Notes: generated by a model not told the origin, from the letters alone. A stretch of DNA of 63,849 nt, filler included, from Olpidium bornovanus S191 (GCA_017911155.1; 32 parts of 32 records of this genome joined end to end with filler, not necessarily neighbours in it); one strand, 5' to 3'; shown: positions 38,204-50,600, counted from the first letter of the whole stretch. A program made the numbers and translations.

Positions 38204-39849
38204 CCCTGGGGGGGTGTGGGGGGAAGGGCCGCCCCGGGAGCCGGTCCGGGTTTTCTGACGGCGGAGCAAGCCGACAGAAACTGGAGCGCAGGGAAGAGTC
38301 CGAACTCTTCCGTGTCGGCCCGGTTGTCCAGGAGACCAAAAGCCCCCGGTCCCCTCCCCACCTCCGTGCCAAATCCCCGTCCCGAGCGCGAAGACCGAAC
38401 CCGCGTGCCGTCAAAGCAACTGCCCGCCGGCGAAACCCGCTGCGAGGGCCGTCGTTCGGAAAACACCCGGCCCGGGAGAATGCCGCGGTTCAAACAGCGG
38501 TATACATACTACATACTGACGGCGACCCCGCACGCGGGGACGTGTGCTCTGCATGTGCGCCGGGCTGATTTCTCGTTTTCGCCCCCCCTCCTCCCCCCCC
38601 CCCCCCACCCCGAACCCAACTTGTCGAAAAACTAGTGCAAATGAGCCGGTCCTTCTTGAGGCAAGATGAAGGGGGGGGGGGGGCGGGGGGGTCGGCGGGC
38701 GGGGCGGAGGGGGCGGTGTGGGGAAGGAGGGGAATGAATCTGAACAAAGGGCAAATACAAAAGAGCAACACTTTTCTCCTAGGGTGACCTTGCTGTCCCG
38801 TGCTGCAGCGGACACGGGCGCGGCGGTGTTGGGTGTTTGCGAAAGGGCGGCCCCTATCTCGCGTTCGAGCTTGGGACGCCGCGATTGGCTGGCGCCCCTC
38901 AAAATTTACTCCCACCCCATCTCTCCCTACCCCACCCTCCCACCCCCAAAACCGCCTCCCCCAACCCATTCTCTGCAGTCGCAAACTTCCAACAGAGCGC
39001 GAACGGTTCCACGACACAGCAGCCGGAGGAAGGGACTCACATAAAATCTTGCGTTTAGCTTTCGCCTCGCTTTCCTTACTATTCTCCTGGAGGCGAGGTT
39101 GGCGGGGGGAAAAGTGCGTGGGGGGGGGGGATGGGGCGGGGGAAAGGGGGGTTGAAGGTGGCACGTCCGCCAGGGTGTTGCGTTCTGCGAACACTTGAAC
39201 CAGGTGCCTCCGACACCTTCCGCACATTTTCCCTCGCTCGTTTTTGCCATCTTTTTTTCTTTTCCTCTTTTTTTCCGCCTCGAGTGCGTGCGGCGCGGTG
39301 ATGCTTCCCAACGGTCAACCCTGCTACTTTTTTTTCCCTCTGGGTGACGGGTCCGCGTGGTGTTATTGCCGAGGGGGCAGGGTTTGCCGGGGGTGCGTCT
39401 GTCCGCACGTGAGAGTTTCCCGTCCCTCGATTCCGGATAAAACCGGCATGCCTTCTTCGAGGCCGCCGGGGTTTTTGCCCCGTTTCAGCACCTCTCTCTC
39501 CCCCCCCCACCACCTATTTTTTTGAAGTCCCCTCTCCCCGTCTACCGAGTTTTTCGCGAAGCGTTCGAGTCGTTTTTTCGTTTTGTTTTTGTATACATGT
39601 ACATATATAGTTTTACCTGCCCTTGTGCCTTATGAGCATAGACAATACATCGCCAGAGAAATCCTGCAGACCCGCGGAGAAAAGAAAAAAAAAACGGCCA
39701 GTGAGACCTTGTCGGTCGGCTCTCTCGGGCTCCCAGCACGACCGCGCATCTGAAAACGGCGGCAGCGGGGGGGGGGGGGGGGGAGGGGGGGGGGGGGGGG
39801 GTGGAAGGGAAGGGTTCGCTCAAACGTCGAAAGAAACACCAAACACCAA

Positions 39850-40300
39850 CCTCTGTGGAACTCTCTACCGTCTCCTCGGTCGTCTCCTCGGCCTGCTCCG
39901 CCTCTTCTTCGCCGATCCTCGCCTGCAAGTTGATTGCTTTGATTTCCGTAAGGATCTGGTGGCCGTCACGTAAAAAACAGGGCGCGTTGGCGGGATTGCC
40001 AAAAACTTTCAGCCGGGGAGACGGGAGAGGGGGGGGGGCATTTTGGTATGGGGACGGGGAAAAAAAAAAAGGAAAAAATAAAGTAAAATTCAACAGCCAG
40101 GCGGCCGGAGTGCGGGAGGGTGGGGCCGGCGGGCAGGACAGGGGGCAAGCCGGAGGCACAACGGACAAAAAGGGACCGGACGACGGCAATACCTCGCGCA
40201 GTTGTCCCTTCAGGGTCACGTACTCCTTCAGGTTCTCCTCAATCACGGCCAGGATTAGGACGTAGTCCCGCAGCTTCCGCGAAGAGATCTCGTCGAAATC
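39850..40300 (-). CDS. Hypothetical helical/coiled-coil protein, internal exons
   Basis: cag|DFDEISSRKLRDYVLILAVIEENLKEYVTLKGQLRE|gtatt and ILTEIKAINLQARIGEEEAEQAEETTEETVESSTE|gttgg. Confidence 0.5.
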
Positions 40301-40572
40301 CTGGGGAAATCAGAATAAAAGAGAAGAGGAGCATGGGGGTTGGTGGTGGTGGTGGGTGGGCGAGTGGTGCCCCAAAAATGCCCGGCCGGATTTTTTCATA
40401 AAAAAGAATAATGGGAACAAATGATAAAACTTTTTTTGTTTTCTCCATTCCCNNNNNNNNNNNNNNNNNNNNNNNNNNNNNNNNNNNNNNNNNNNNTTAA
40501 TTAATTAANNNNNNNNNNNNNNNNNNNNNNNNNNNNNNNNNNNNNNNNNNNNGGTGCTCACTATACACACCG

Positions 40573-40675
40573 TCTAGATTTTGGTCTAGAGGTCTTGATC
40601 TGGAGGTCACGTGACGTCGCGGCTAGACACACCGGTGTGTCTAGTGATCTCGGCGATTTCAAGGTCACGTGACGT
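40573..40675. promoter_or_regulatory. Cluster of palindromes and repeated motifs upstream of the unrecognised gene
   Basis: TCTAGA twice (40573, 40585); AGGTCACGTGACGT twice (40604, 40662); perfect 22-bp palindrome CTAGACACACCGGTGTGTCTAG at 40623-40644. Confidence 0.6.
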
Positions 40676-40784
40676 TCTTGGCTGGCTGTTGGCGGGTTGT
40701 CCTCGATAAGGACTTGACATGGCCCAAGAGGGGTTTGACGCCACCGGAGCACGCTCCGTGACACCAGGTCACTCCGGCCTCGGG

Positions 40785-40792
40785 TATAAAAG
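40785..40792 (+). promoter_or_regulatory. TATA box
   Basis: TATAAAAG 64 nt upstream of the ATG at 40849, followed by a pyrimidine-rich leader. Confidence 0.55.
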
Positions 40793-40848
40793 GCGAGTCC
40801 GACCCCTTCTCTTTTTCCCCGTCGCTCTTCTCGGTTTTCAGACGCGGA

Positions 40849-41626
40849 ATGGAGGCCGAGGAAGGCAGCCCTACTCCCAATCCCGCCGCGCCTCCCCTCA
40901 CGGCCGTTCAACTCAACGCCGCGTCACGCGCAATCTACGAGGCTTTTTGGAAGAATCGGACAAGGACGTACGAACGCCTTCACGCAAAGCTGGAGCGCAA
41001 CAGCCGCCCTGGCGCGCGCGTCGCCCCGGGTCGTCTGGCGACCCAATGTCGGAAGGCAATCGACTTCATGGGCCATTGCTGGCGGTTTCGGAACCTGCGT
41101 GGTCGCGTCCGGTGCGCCACCCCCTGCTCGAGTAAGCTTCCGTGTTACCGACTTTCTTGTCAATTTTTCAAATGGTTAAAGTCGTGCTTGTAGCATGCGG
41201 TACCAGATCTTTCTGCTGTACTGTCAAATCATGTGCTGGCCTCCGTCATTCTGGGCTCCGATGCCATCATTCAATAAAGAATTCCTCCTTCTCCTGTCCG
41301 ACGAACAATATTGCGGTCCCTTCGGACCAACTGACAAATCATACGCCCCCCGCCCGGAACCCGCCGCTGACGACTCGATCATGGAATGCCCGACCTTCCT
41401 CCTTGATGTCCCTCAAGCGCGCACCGGCAACCACGAACGTCTTGCTCCCGGTGCTCCAGCGGTGCAGATTGTAGACAATATTTGGTTCATGACACCCCAT
41501 TGCACTCCCGACTTTTATAACCAGCTCGTCGAAGTCGCGCGTGCCGGCATCACCACGGAGTTCCGGGAGGCGTCGCGAGTCGATTTGGGACTGCTAACAA
41601 CCGGGAACTGGGTTTTCCATGCATAA
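40849..41626 (+). CDS. Intact member of an unrecognised gene family; predicted 231 aa from two exons (40849-41111, 41194-41626)
   Basis: An intron GTGCGC...TAG (41112-41193) joins MEAEEG..AIYEAFWKNRTRTYERLHAKL..LRGRVR in frame to MRYQIFLLYCQIMCWPPSFW...GNWVFHA*. AATAAA overlaps the stop codon. A homolog lies at 34270-35108. Confidence 0.7.
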
Positions 41627-42006
41627 TAAACTTTTCCGTTTGCTGCCTGATTTTGGAAAGTTGAAGTACGGTTTTGGAGTGAGGAAGCTTTGGTGTCTCA
41701 TAAAGTCCGGGTAGTGGGGGTTTTATTTCCCGCGTTANNNNNNNNNNNNNNNNNNNNNNNNNNNNNNNNNNNNNNNNNNNNTTAATTAATTAANNNNNNN
41801 NNNNNNNNNNNNNNNNNNNNNNNNNNNNNNNNNNNNNCCGCGGCACCCCGCGTGCGCTGCATCTTTCCTCTTTCGCCCGCCCCCGCGCAACCCTCGTCAA
41901 AGCACCCCGCGCACCCTCGCCCTCCTCCTCCTCCCTCCCTCCCTCCCCACCCCCGGCGAGACTTCCAAGGTCGGGGCGGGGAGGCCCGACTTTCCCGCGG
42001 GGGCCC

Positions 42007-42054
42007 ATGTACTGCCTGAGGTGTGTCGCGCCCGCGCGGGGGGGGGGGGGGTGT

Positions 42055-42085
<31 letters not shown>

Positions 42086-43121
42086 CGGGGGGGCCGGGGG
42101 GGGCGGGGGGGGGGGGGCCCCGGGGGGGGGGGGGGGGGGGGGCCTGGGAGGGGAGGGGAGGGGGTTGGCGGGGGAGGCGGGGATGCCGGGTTGGCCGGAA
42201 GGGGAGCCGGGAAAATACAGGGGCGAGAAGGGCGGGCGGACGGAGAAGGGAGCGGAGCGCGCGGCCGCGGCGGCGCCGGGCGCGGCGGGGCGGACGGTTC
42301 GCCACTCTCGCCCTCCCCTCCCCCGCCTGTCCCCCCCCCCCGCCCCGCGGACAAAAAGACGGGGACCGGCAAGGCACGGCCGGCGCGCGTCGGGGGGAAG
42401 GAAGGATCCGGCCGCCGTGTTCCGTTCTCTGATCTCTGCGCGGGCTCAGGAATTTTTTATTTCCCCTCTCTCCCTCTCCATCTCTCTCCCTCTCTCGCTC
42501 TCTTTCCCCCGTCGCCGCGCGGCCTCTCGGGGGCGTCCGTCGCTCTCTCCCTCTCCCTCTCCGCCCTTCTCCCGCACCGCGCGGGACATCAAACAAATCC
42601 CTTCCTTTCCCCGCAGGTGGTACCTGGTGCTGCTCGTGCTCCCGTTCCCGGCCGCGCCGCCGTACTTCCTGCTGCTCTTCGCGCTGTCGTTCTTCCTGAG
42701 CAACCGCCCGTGCCCATACTGCTCGCTGCTGGTCGTCCTGCTGTTCGCCACCAGCTGCAACTGGGACCTGCCGGTTGCGGACGACGACCCTGCAGCCGCC
42801 GCCGCCGCCGCCGTCGCTTCCGTCGGCGAGCCGCCGCCACGGCCGGCCGCGGCGCGATGCTGGCTGGACCTTAACGACTGGAGGCTGTTCGACCGCAGGA
42901 GGGTTCGCGCCGGCAGGAGAAAACGGCCGCCGCCGGATACCTCGGCGGCGACGACGAGGACGACGACCACGACCGCCGCCGCTGCCGCTGCCGCTGCCGC
43001 CGCACCCCCGGCGGCGCCGGCGTGCGTCCCGCGGTGGATCGGCTCCTTCCTCGAGGACGTCGCGCGGCCGCTAGCGCCACCGGCGACCTCGGACGGGCCC
43101 GAACCCGCCGGCTTCGCCTGA
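42007..43121 (+). CDS. BLCAP: BLCAP/BC10 (bladder cancer-associated protein) family member, two exons
   Basis: ATGTACTGCCTGAG|gt...cag|GTGG gives MYCLRWYLVLLVLPFP..FLLLFALSFFLSNRPCPYCSLLVVLLFATSC. This matches the BLCAP pattern MYCLxW...FLLERKPCxxCAL, plus an Ala-rich extension. Confidence 0.88.
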
Positions 43122-43482
43122 ACCCAAACCGCACACCTCCGGCGGCGGCGGGTGACGGGGAGACCGGGCGAGGGGGCAGAGGGGGTGGCGGCGGCGGTGG
43201 TCCGAGGCGGGCGGCGGTGGAGAGGAAAGGAGCCCGCGCCCTCCTTCCCCCGCGCGCCCTCTCCGGCCGGCCGGTTCGCCCGAGCGGAACACCGCAAAGC
43301 CCGGTCGGTTCCGCCCGGGCAGTCTCACTCTCGCGCGGCAGAAAGTTCCGCAGTCTTTGTCCTTCCTCCCGCCCCTTTCTTCTCTCTTTCTCTCATTCAC
43401 TCTTTCTCTCTCTCTCTCTCTCTTTCTCTCTCATTATCTCCCGCGGCTGGTGTTTTCCGCACATGATGTCCTGCCCTCCCTG

Positions 43483-43522
<40 letters not shown>

Positions 43523-44062
43523 ACCCCCCCCTCCTCCCCCCCCCCCCTCCNNNNNNNNNNNNNNNNNNNNNNNNNNNNNNNNNNNNNNNNNNNNTTAATT
43601 AATTAANNNNNNNNNNNNNNNNNNNNNNNNNNNNNNNNNNNNNNNNNNNNACCATGGGCGTTAGATAGATAGAGGTGTGCGCAGTGAGGCGGGGTGCTGA
43701 AACGAGACCTGAAACAAAGGGGTTCAGGGGGGAGATAGTGCACTGCGCCCACCCGGGTTTTCCCCTGAAATGCTCTCTATAAAAGTAGGGTAGATTCCCG
43801 GAATAGAGCAGCTCCCGCGAGCTCCTTTCGAACGCAGAATTCAACAGGGGAACGGGGTTCGCACAGGCAACAGAGGGCCTGGGGCAATCGGAATTTTTTT
43901 TTTTCAGTTTTGGCACACCGCCCGACGCTACTTCCACCGCGACCGTCCCACGACGCGGCAATTAGGAGCGGGGAAGAAGGAGAAGCCCGGCGGGGTCCGT
44001 TCAGATACGCGCGCAACCCACCCTGTGCTGGTGAAAAGAGGGGCGAGAGGATGGGAAGGGGG

Positions 44063-44095
<33 letters not shown>

Positions 44096-44099
44096 GACA

Positions 44100-44500
44100 C
44101 GGTTCATCCTTGATTTCCAAGACGCGCACCATACGCCGACCATGTCGGCACTCTTTTCTGTCACGGAAGCCACGCTCATATAGGGTATACTGTGACAATT
44201 AATGCCAATGGAGAAGCAGCCGTCACTTATAACGACAGCATCGTCGTCGTACGCGGATCGCGCAAAGATCGCGCATCCTACTTGCGCGTTAAGCTTACGA
44301 CCAGTGCCCAAGGTTCAACCAACCACAGCATGATGGTTAAAGACTCCTTAATTGCCGACATTCCACGCGCGCGACCGGCCATAACCAGAAACCAAGACTT
44401 GATGCTTTGACACCGACGTTCTGGACATCTCGGCGTACGCGGTATACGACGCATGGGAAAAAGGCGCGGCATCAACATGCCGGCAGCAACCGTAACCCTA
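44100..44500 (+). mobile_element. Ty1/copia protease and GAG-pre-integrase remnant
   Basis: FILDFQDAHH (degenerate ILDSGAxxH protease motif) and later DLML*HRRSGHLGVRGIRRM (LWHxRLGH motif with TGG changed to TGA). Confidence 0.7.
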
Positions 44501-45061
44501 ACCCTAAGCGAAAAAAGGGGCGCGGCATTGGCGCCAAAAAGGTGAACCGCCGTTCCTCGGCACCGTCCTCCAAAAATAAAGGGAGCCAGGCGAATTCCAT
44601 GTAAAAAACACTAGGTAGCCGTAGCCGCGCTGCTTCCAAAAACACGAAGACAGAAAGCCCTTCTCTGCTTCCCATTTTTCCTTGCGCATATTCTCGCGGA
44701 CATCCTCCGCTCCTTCGGTAGCGTTTGGTTCTGAGTCACATAATCCGCCCACTGGTCGCAACCTCTCAGATTCGGGGCGGCGAGTGGTGCGGGACCCCCC
44801 GTAAACTTGTTTCGGTAAAGTTTCGGGTCCGATGCAAACGTCGGTTTTGGCTTTACGCTGTTTTCGATGTTACAAGGATGGGAATGCAGGGGCGTTATGT
44901 GTGTGTGGGAGGGGGGAGGGGGAGAAACATGTGCTGATGCGGAAAAAAAAAAAGCTTCCAAAAGGAAGGAGAAAACCGACATAACGGCAATGAAAAGAGG
45001 GAGGGGAGGCGGACTCCGGCGTCGGCCCGTGAAACAAAGAAAACAAAAAGCGGCGACCCTT

Positions 45062-46715
45062 TTATGCAAGATACTTGTACTTCGTCGCATCCGCCTTGTC
45101 ACGTTCCAGATACTCCCGATCTATGAGCGACTCAATGCATTTTTTCAGGTCGGCGGCCTGGCCCAATAAAAAAAAGATTGATTTGTAAGCCCGGGGCTAT
45201 GCGCGGAACGGAAGTGAAAAGTTCCAGAAAACGGGGTAGAAAATTTATTCTCGAAAGGACTTAGCGGAAACGAAAAGAAAGGGGAAGAAAAATAAAAATC
45301 AAATGGAAGGAACCGGGTGATATTGTCTGCCAGTAACCCCGTACCTGCGCAGGGAACTTCAGCTGGTCAAACAAATCTTGGAGAAGGGCGTTATGGGTCA
45401 TTTTCTTCCGCGTCTTCATGATCCGCACAATGGCAGCCTCCACCTGGTATTTCCTGTCCTGGAAAACGGATTCCGTCGTCGCGGTGTTCTCTTCAGGCTT
45501 TCAAAATTCCGCGAGTATTGTCGTCGGCGCAGAGGTGGGACAAAGAGTGTGTCAACCTTGCTGGAGTCCGAGTATGGCGGACTAAACCAAAAATTGATCA
45601 GGCACTACGCACTGTTTCTTTCATCTGTATGGTATTAACTTTTATTCGGAAGAGGCTGTGCTTGAAGTCGTCGTTCAAACAAAACGTGTCGGTCGCATTG
45701 ACTTCCCGGCCCTTGGGCTCCTTCAGAAGAACGCGGACTTTGCCGCACGAAAGCGACAACAGCGATTTCAGCAGATCTCCGGTTTCTAAAGATATTGTGA
45801 AAGCAACACGCGCGTTAGAGCCTCGCGATCGACTCGGCAGCAATGTCACCGCGACCGGCTCTGGAGAGGTGTGTACACACCCAAGCCCGTGGTGCTCTGG
45901 ATTTCAGAAAAAGACAAGTGGCGGCCGTCTGCGTCGTTGAACGCCAACAGAACCACCGTTTGATACAGGGAGACAAGGAGCTCCTTGTTCCCCTTCGGAA
46001 ACGCGGCTTTGAGTACACAATGGCCGAGCGAGTGCTGCCACTGGAGAACGCGGCCGCTGTGGTTCGAGACGTAGAATCCTTTGAAGGCTTCCAAATATGC
46101 GGACATCTACACACGTCAGGCGGCCGCGCGTCAGCAATGTCAGATCGTCAAACAAGCATACACATCAACTCGCTCCGCTGCTTGGGCCGACCCTCTTTGC
46201 CCCACATTCGTTAACTTACCTCTGCCGGCAATGCAACTTTCGACAAAGGGTATGTCGGCCAGTACCCTAAGGTCAGCACGTAGATATTTAGCTCGAGGGT
46301 GCTGGGAAGGTTTTTCCGATACTTGACTGACTCCCCGAAACTGCGCATGATGTCCCTGGAAATGTCCATGTCCTTAAACATTCCCTCAAGCTTCGACGTG
46401 AAGCCCGCGCCACATTCGGCTTTGAGCCGTGCGATCATAGACTTCTCGGCATCGAACGAGGCCGACTTGTTGAGCAGCAGCCGCTTCGCCAGGTCCCGCT
46501 TATAAAATGCTTCAAAAACATCCTTCCCTGCGGGTTCGGTTTAGGCCGTCGACATCGACGTAAGTAGCGCATAACACCGTGGGGCGTAACGCAGGGAGCA
46601 AAAACTGGTCAAAGATTCGCGTCGTTGGCCGAAAAAAAACCTACCCTGAATATACCGGAATAGGATCAGAACCCTGTCCAGGATTATCTCTAGCTCTTCA
46701 TCAGTAGCGGTCTAT
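45062..46715 (-). CDS. CUL4: Cullin, CUL4-type, 3' half
   Basis: [21 protein letters not shown] / [56 protein letters not shown] / [29 protein letters not shown] / [29 protein letters not shown] / [24 protein letters not shown]. Confidence 0.93.
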
Positions 46716-46987
46716 TCACAAAATGATACCACATAACGTCAGGAGACAATAATTCCCATCGTCCCTAACTCCATTCCCCTAATGTCGAAAGGGATGGGGA
46801 GCAATCATGNNNNNNNNNNNNNNNNNNNNNNNNNNNNNNNNNNNNNNNNNNNNTTAATTAATTAANNNNNNNNNNNNNNNNNNNNNNNNNNNNNNNNNNN
46901 NNNNNNNNNAGGGCGGAGAGGGGCGGGAGGGCGGGGGAGGGGAGGGCCGGGCGAGGGAAGGAAAGGGAGGGAGGGAGGGAGGGGGGG

Positions 46988-47024
<37 letters not shown>

Positions 47025-47990
47025 GAGAGAGTGAGAGAGTGAGTGAGTGAGAGAGTGAGTGAGAGAGTGAGCGAGACAGGGAGCGTTAGGGGGCGGCGTG
47101 GGGGCGGAGAGAAAGAGAGAGGGAGTGCCACCGCCAAAAACGCGTCTTTTCCCCTCTGCTCGCCCTCACACGCAGGAGGATAGGGGAGGAGGCGGCGCCT
47201 CGCGCGGAAAAGGCCACCCGCACGGTTGCTGCTCCGCCTCCGCCCCCTTTCCGCCCTTCCTGCGAGGTCAACGGCACAGGTTGACGCGTCCCGCACTCGG
47301 ATTTTTTTTTTTATTGGTACCGGAAGAACGGGACGGAGAGCCGTTGCCATTCGGTTATCAGGACAGGGGGGGGAGGGGGGGTAGGGGAAGCGGCGTTCCC
47401 CGCGGTGAGCCCCGTCGGTTTCGCCCAGCCTCGTCTGACGCGCGGATTTGACCTTTATAGTGAATTCCGGGTAGACAGGTGCAGAAACAGAGCAACGACG
47501 GCCGCTCCGTTCGTCGCCTTCTACGAAACAGCACACGTGTTCCGTTGTCGCGAAAGAACGCGTAACATTTCTTTTACGGGTTTTTGGTAAGCGTCCATTC
47601 GCCCGGCCGGCTTTCTAGGTATTGAGCAGGGTGCGCGTCTTCGGTGCCCTGGCTTCTCTGTCATCTCCCTCCCTTTCCAAGGGTCGGAAACCCGGGATGG
47701 CTGAAAAACCGTTTTCTACTTCAGAAAAGAAGATTCACCGTCAGAACGCGGGTTATCCGGATCACCGGCGATGACCCCCCAGGCGTCAGCGTATATCGCA
47801 TCGTCATCGGCAAGCCTCCAAAGCGTCCATACGACAGACTGGCCGGGATGGCGGCTGAAGAGAGAACAGGCTGAAGTATAGCAAGTACTGCAGCCCAGTT
47901 TTTGTGGGCGTGGGTTTTGCTTCCCATTTCCGGATTTGTTTTTTTTTCTTTACCACCCTTCCCCTGGAAATGCGCACTTTTTTTTCGCAG

Positions 47991-48391
47991 CAACCTCAAA
48001 GCGCTGCGGATCATCCGTAGGATCAAGGCGTCCGGAGACTCCGATGACGTGCGGTGCCTCACCGGCCCTCCGCTCGCGGGGTCGGCGCCGTCATCATCAT
48101 CGTCGGAGAAGACCGCGGCGCCTGCGGCGGCGAGCGTCACCAGCGCGCTGACGCTGCTCTCCCGGTCGATCTACCTCGACGAGGCCGAACCCAGCTACTA
48201 TTACCACCGCTGCGAAGCGTACCTCCTCGTCGGCGACCTGCGCTCGGCTTTCGCGAACATAACGGCGGCGAAGCAGCACGCGCGGCCGAGCAGTTTTCCG
48301 GCGCCGGGCGGCGCGCAACACCCGCCGCCCCCGGGGATGCTTCCTTCCAAGTTTCTCGACTGGAAGTACGGAGAGGTCGTGTACCTCATGG
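47991..48391 (+). CDS. TPR-repeat protein, TTC16-like, internal exon
   Basis: LTLLSRSIYLDEAEPSYYYHRCEAYLLVGDLRSAFANITAAK...KYGEVVYLM. This is a TPR pattern resembling the TTC16 N-terminal repeat (FSRALHLD..FYxxRAEAYL.L.D..SA..N). Confidence 0.65.
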
Positions 48392-48589
48392 NNNNNNNNN
48401 NNNNNNNNNNNNNNNNNNNNNNNNNNNNNNNNNNNTTAATTAATTAANNNNNNNNNNNNNNNNNNNNNNNNNNNNNNNNNNNNNNNNNNNNGCAGCTGGT
48501 CGTGTATGTATATCTCGGCCGTGTTGGTCGTTGCGCAAAGCTGCGTTCGACCAGCGGTGCGGGTTAAAGTGGGGAAAAACAACACTGTC

Positions 48590-49470
48590 ACCTTAAACAA
48601 CCCAATGACATGTTCGCGATTTTCGAGCCTATGTTCTCGATGGCCAGCGCTTCGCGTGGGCTGGCCACGTCCCGCGGGTATCCCTGGGACACCGGGCCGC
48701 GCGCGTTTTCGTTACCCCCGCTCCGCGAGCTGCGCGCGCGCGCGCGCGTGGAGTCGCAGGAGCGGCGCCCGGACCGCTTTCCCCGCGCCGACCCCGCCCC
48801 CTCTTGTCGGACGACACACCTTGAGGGCGGCGATGGCCCTCCTGTAGCTCAGCGCGCTGCGGGCCTCCCCCATCAGCTCCCTGGCGTGCTCGATAACGGC
48901 CAGCTCCTCGACGAGGCCCGCGTTGAAATGGTCGACGGGGCACGAGTTGAAGCACGCGAATTTGGTGTTGACGTAGCCCGGGGCTATCGGGTCCCTGCCG
49001 CCCCTCTCGTCGTCCGTCGTGTCCTCGTCGTCGTCTCCGGGCAAGTCGTCGTCGTCGGCGCTCGTCGACTCGTCCGACGTGCAGCTGCGGGGTGGGAATG
49101 CACACACAACACGAGGAAGAAATTTCGATTTTCCTGCACGTGTCGACTTCGACACGGGGACAAAATTTCGATTTTCCTGCACGTGTCGACTTTTGATATT
49201 TTTTCCTTTTATTTTCGTTCCCTTTTTTTTCGTTCATTTTTTTTTTATTCTCTCCCTCTTCCGGGGCAAATTTTCAGGGCTGCGCCGCGGGACTTGGGAG
49301 AAGCTTACGCGGGTTTTTTGGCGGGCGGCCGGTCCCCGACGTCGGGCGCGTCCGCGGACCTCTTCCTGGCGCCCCTCGGGACGGGCGCGTCTCCGGCAAA
49401 GGCGGCGGCGGCGGCGGCGTCGATCGGAGGAGCGGGAGCGCGGAGGGGCACCTTGTAGGGCTCCAGGTCC
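48590..49470 (-). CDS. Family X DNA polymerase (Pol4/lambda/mu-like): linker, 8-kDa lyase domain and first HhH
   Basis: NTKFACFNSCPVDHFNAGLVEELAVIEHARELMGEARSALSYRRAIAALK | GYPRDVASPREALAIENIGSKIA. Confidence 0.85.
49109..49192. repeat. Two-copy ~43-bp tandem duplication in a Pol X intron
   Basis: ACACG(A/G)GGA(AG/CA)AAATTTCGATTTTCCTGCACGTGTCGACTT twice. Confidence 0.9.
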
Positions 49471-49667
49471 AGGCGCGTCCCTTTCGCCAGGCTTTACGGC
49501 GGCGGGGTTTCGCGGTCGAACGCAACGGTTACGGTGGCGATGCGCCGCAAAACCCGCCGCGGGAACCNNNNNNNNNNNNNNNNNNNNNNNNNNNNNNNNN
49601 NNNNNNNNNNNTTAATTAATTAANNNNNNNNNNNNNNNNNNNNNNNNNNNNNNNNNNNNNNNNNNNN

Positions 49668-50600
49668 CATGATCCGGGTACTCGAAATCCACGCTGAACG
49701 GACACGTGATGCTGCTTAGAATGGCGCTGTCGTAAGGGTCGGGACCGAATGCGTCGCCGCCGCCCCGTCCGGCCGCAAGCTCCGCGGCCAAAAATCCGTC
49801 GGCCGGGCTGCAGTTGCGCGTGGCGAGCACCGCCGCCGTCGACGCCGCCTGGGGGTGCCCGCAGGCGGCCGCATCCCCCCAGCGGCCGGGCGCTCTCGCA
49901 TTCCGCGAGCAGCGGTCCCCGGCGCCGGCGGGAGCGCCGGCCGGCTGCGGCGGCATTACGGCGGCCGCCTGCGTTGCGCAATCAGCATACCCGACGGCCG
50001 CCGTTCGGCCGAACGGGTACTGCGCTGCCGCCGCCGGCCCGCCGCCGGGCGGTGGTACGGCGGCGCGGCGACCGCCGTCGTAGGGGCCGCGATTTCTCCT
50101 TTGGCGCGGAACCCGCGGGGGCGCGGCCGACGACGCCGATGCGGTTGACGCCGACGATGACGACGAGGGCGGCGGCAGCCGGCCCGCGAGAGCGTCGGCG
50201 ACTTCGGGCACGACGGCGCTGTCGAGCAACATCGCCGCGGCGCCGTGCGGATCGTACCGTGCGATGCCGCTCAGCAACGCCAGCGTTGCGGAGGATGCGG
50301 CGTCGTAACTGCCGCCGCCCAGATCCAGCGGGACCGGATCACCTGCGCCGCCGCCGTCCGCCGGCGAGAATCCGGCAACCCGGGCCGAATAGTCGGAGGA
50401 GGCGAAGCCGCCGTGCGCAATGTTCACGAATTCCTCCGCGCCGGTCCCGCGCGCCCGCGCAAAGGCCGTCACAGGCGCCCCCGCGGCGATGCTCATCAAT
50501 GACGAGTAGCCGCCGCCGCCGCCGTCGCAGAATGCATCCGTCGGGATGTACCCGTCCTGGCTGCTGCCGACGGCGCCTCCTTCGTGATACGCCAGTTTTC
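49668..50600 (-). CDS. Hypothetical low-complexity Ala/Gly/Ser-rich protein exon
   Basis: About 310 open GC-rich codons after a pyrimidine-rich segment, running into the gap. No domain recognised. Confidence 0.5.

Noticed and set aside
44493-44507. Telomere-like TAACCCTAACCCTAA
   Set aside because: Only about two units, internal to a copia relic, and not at a contig end.
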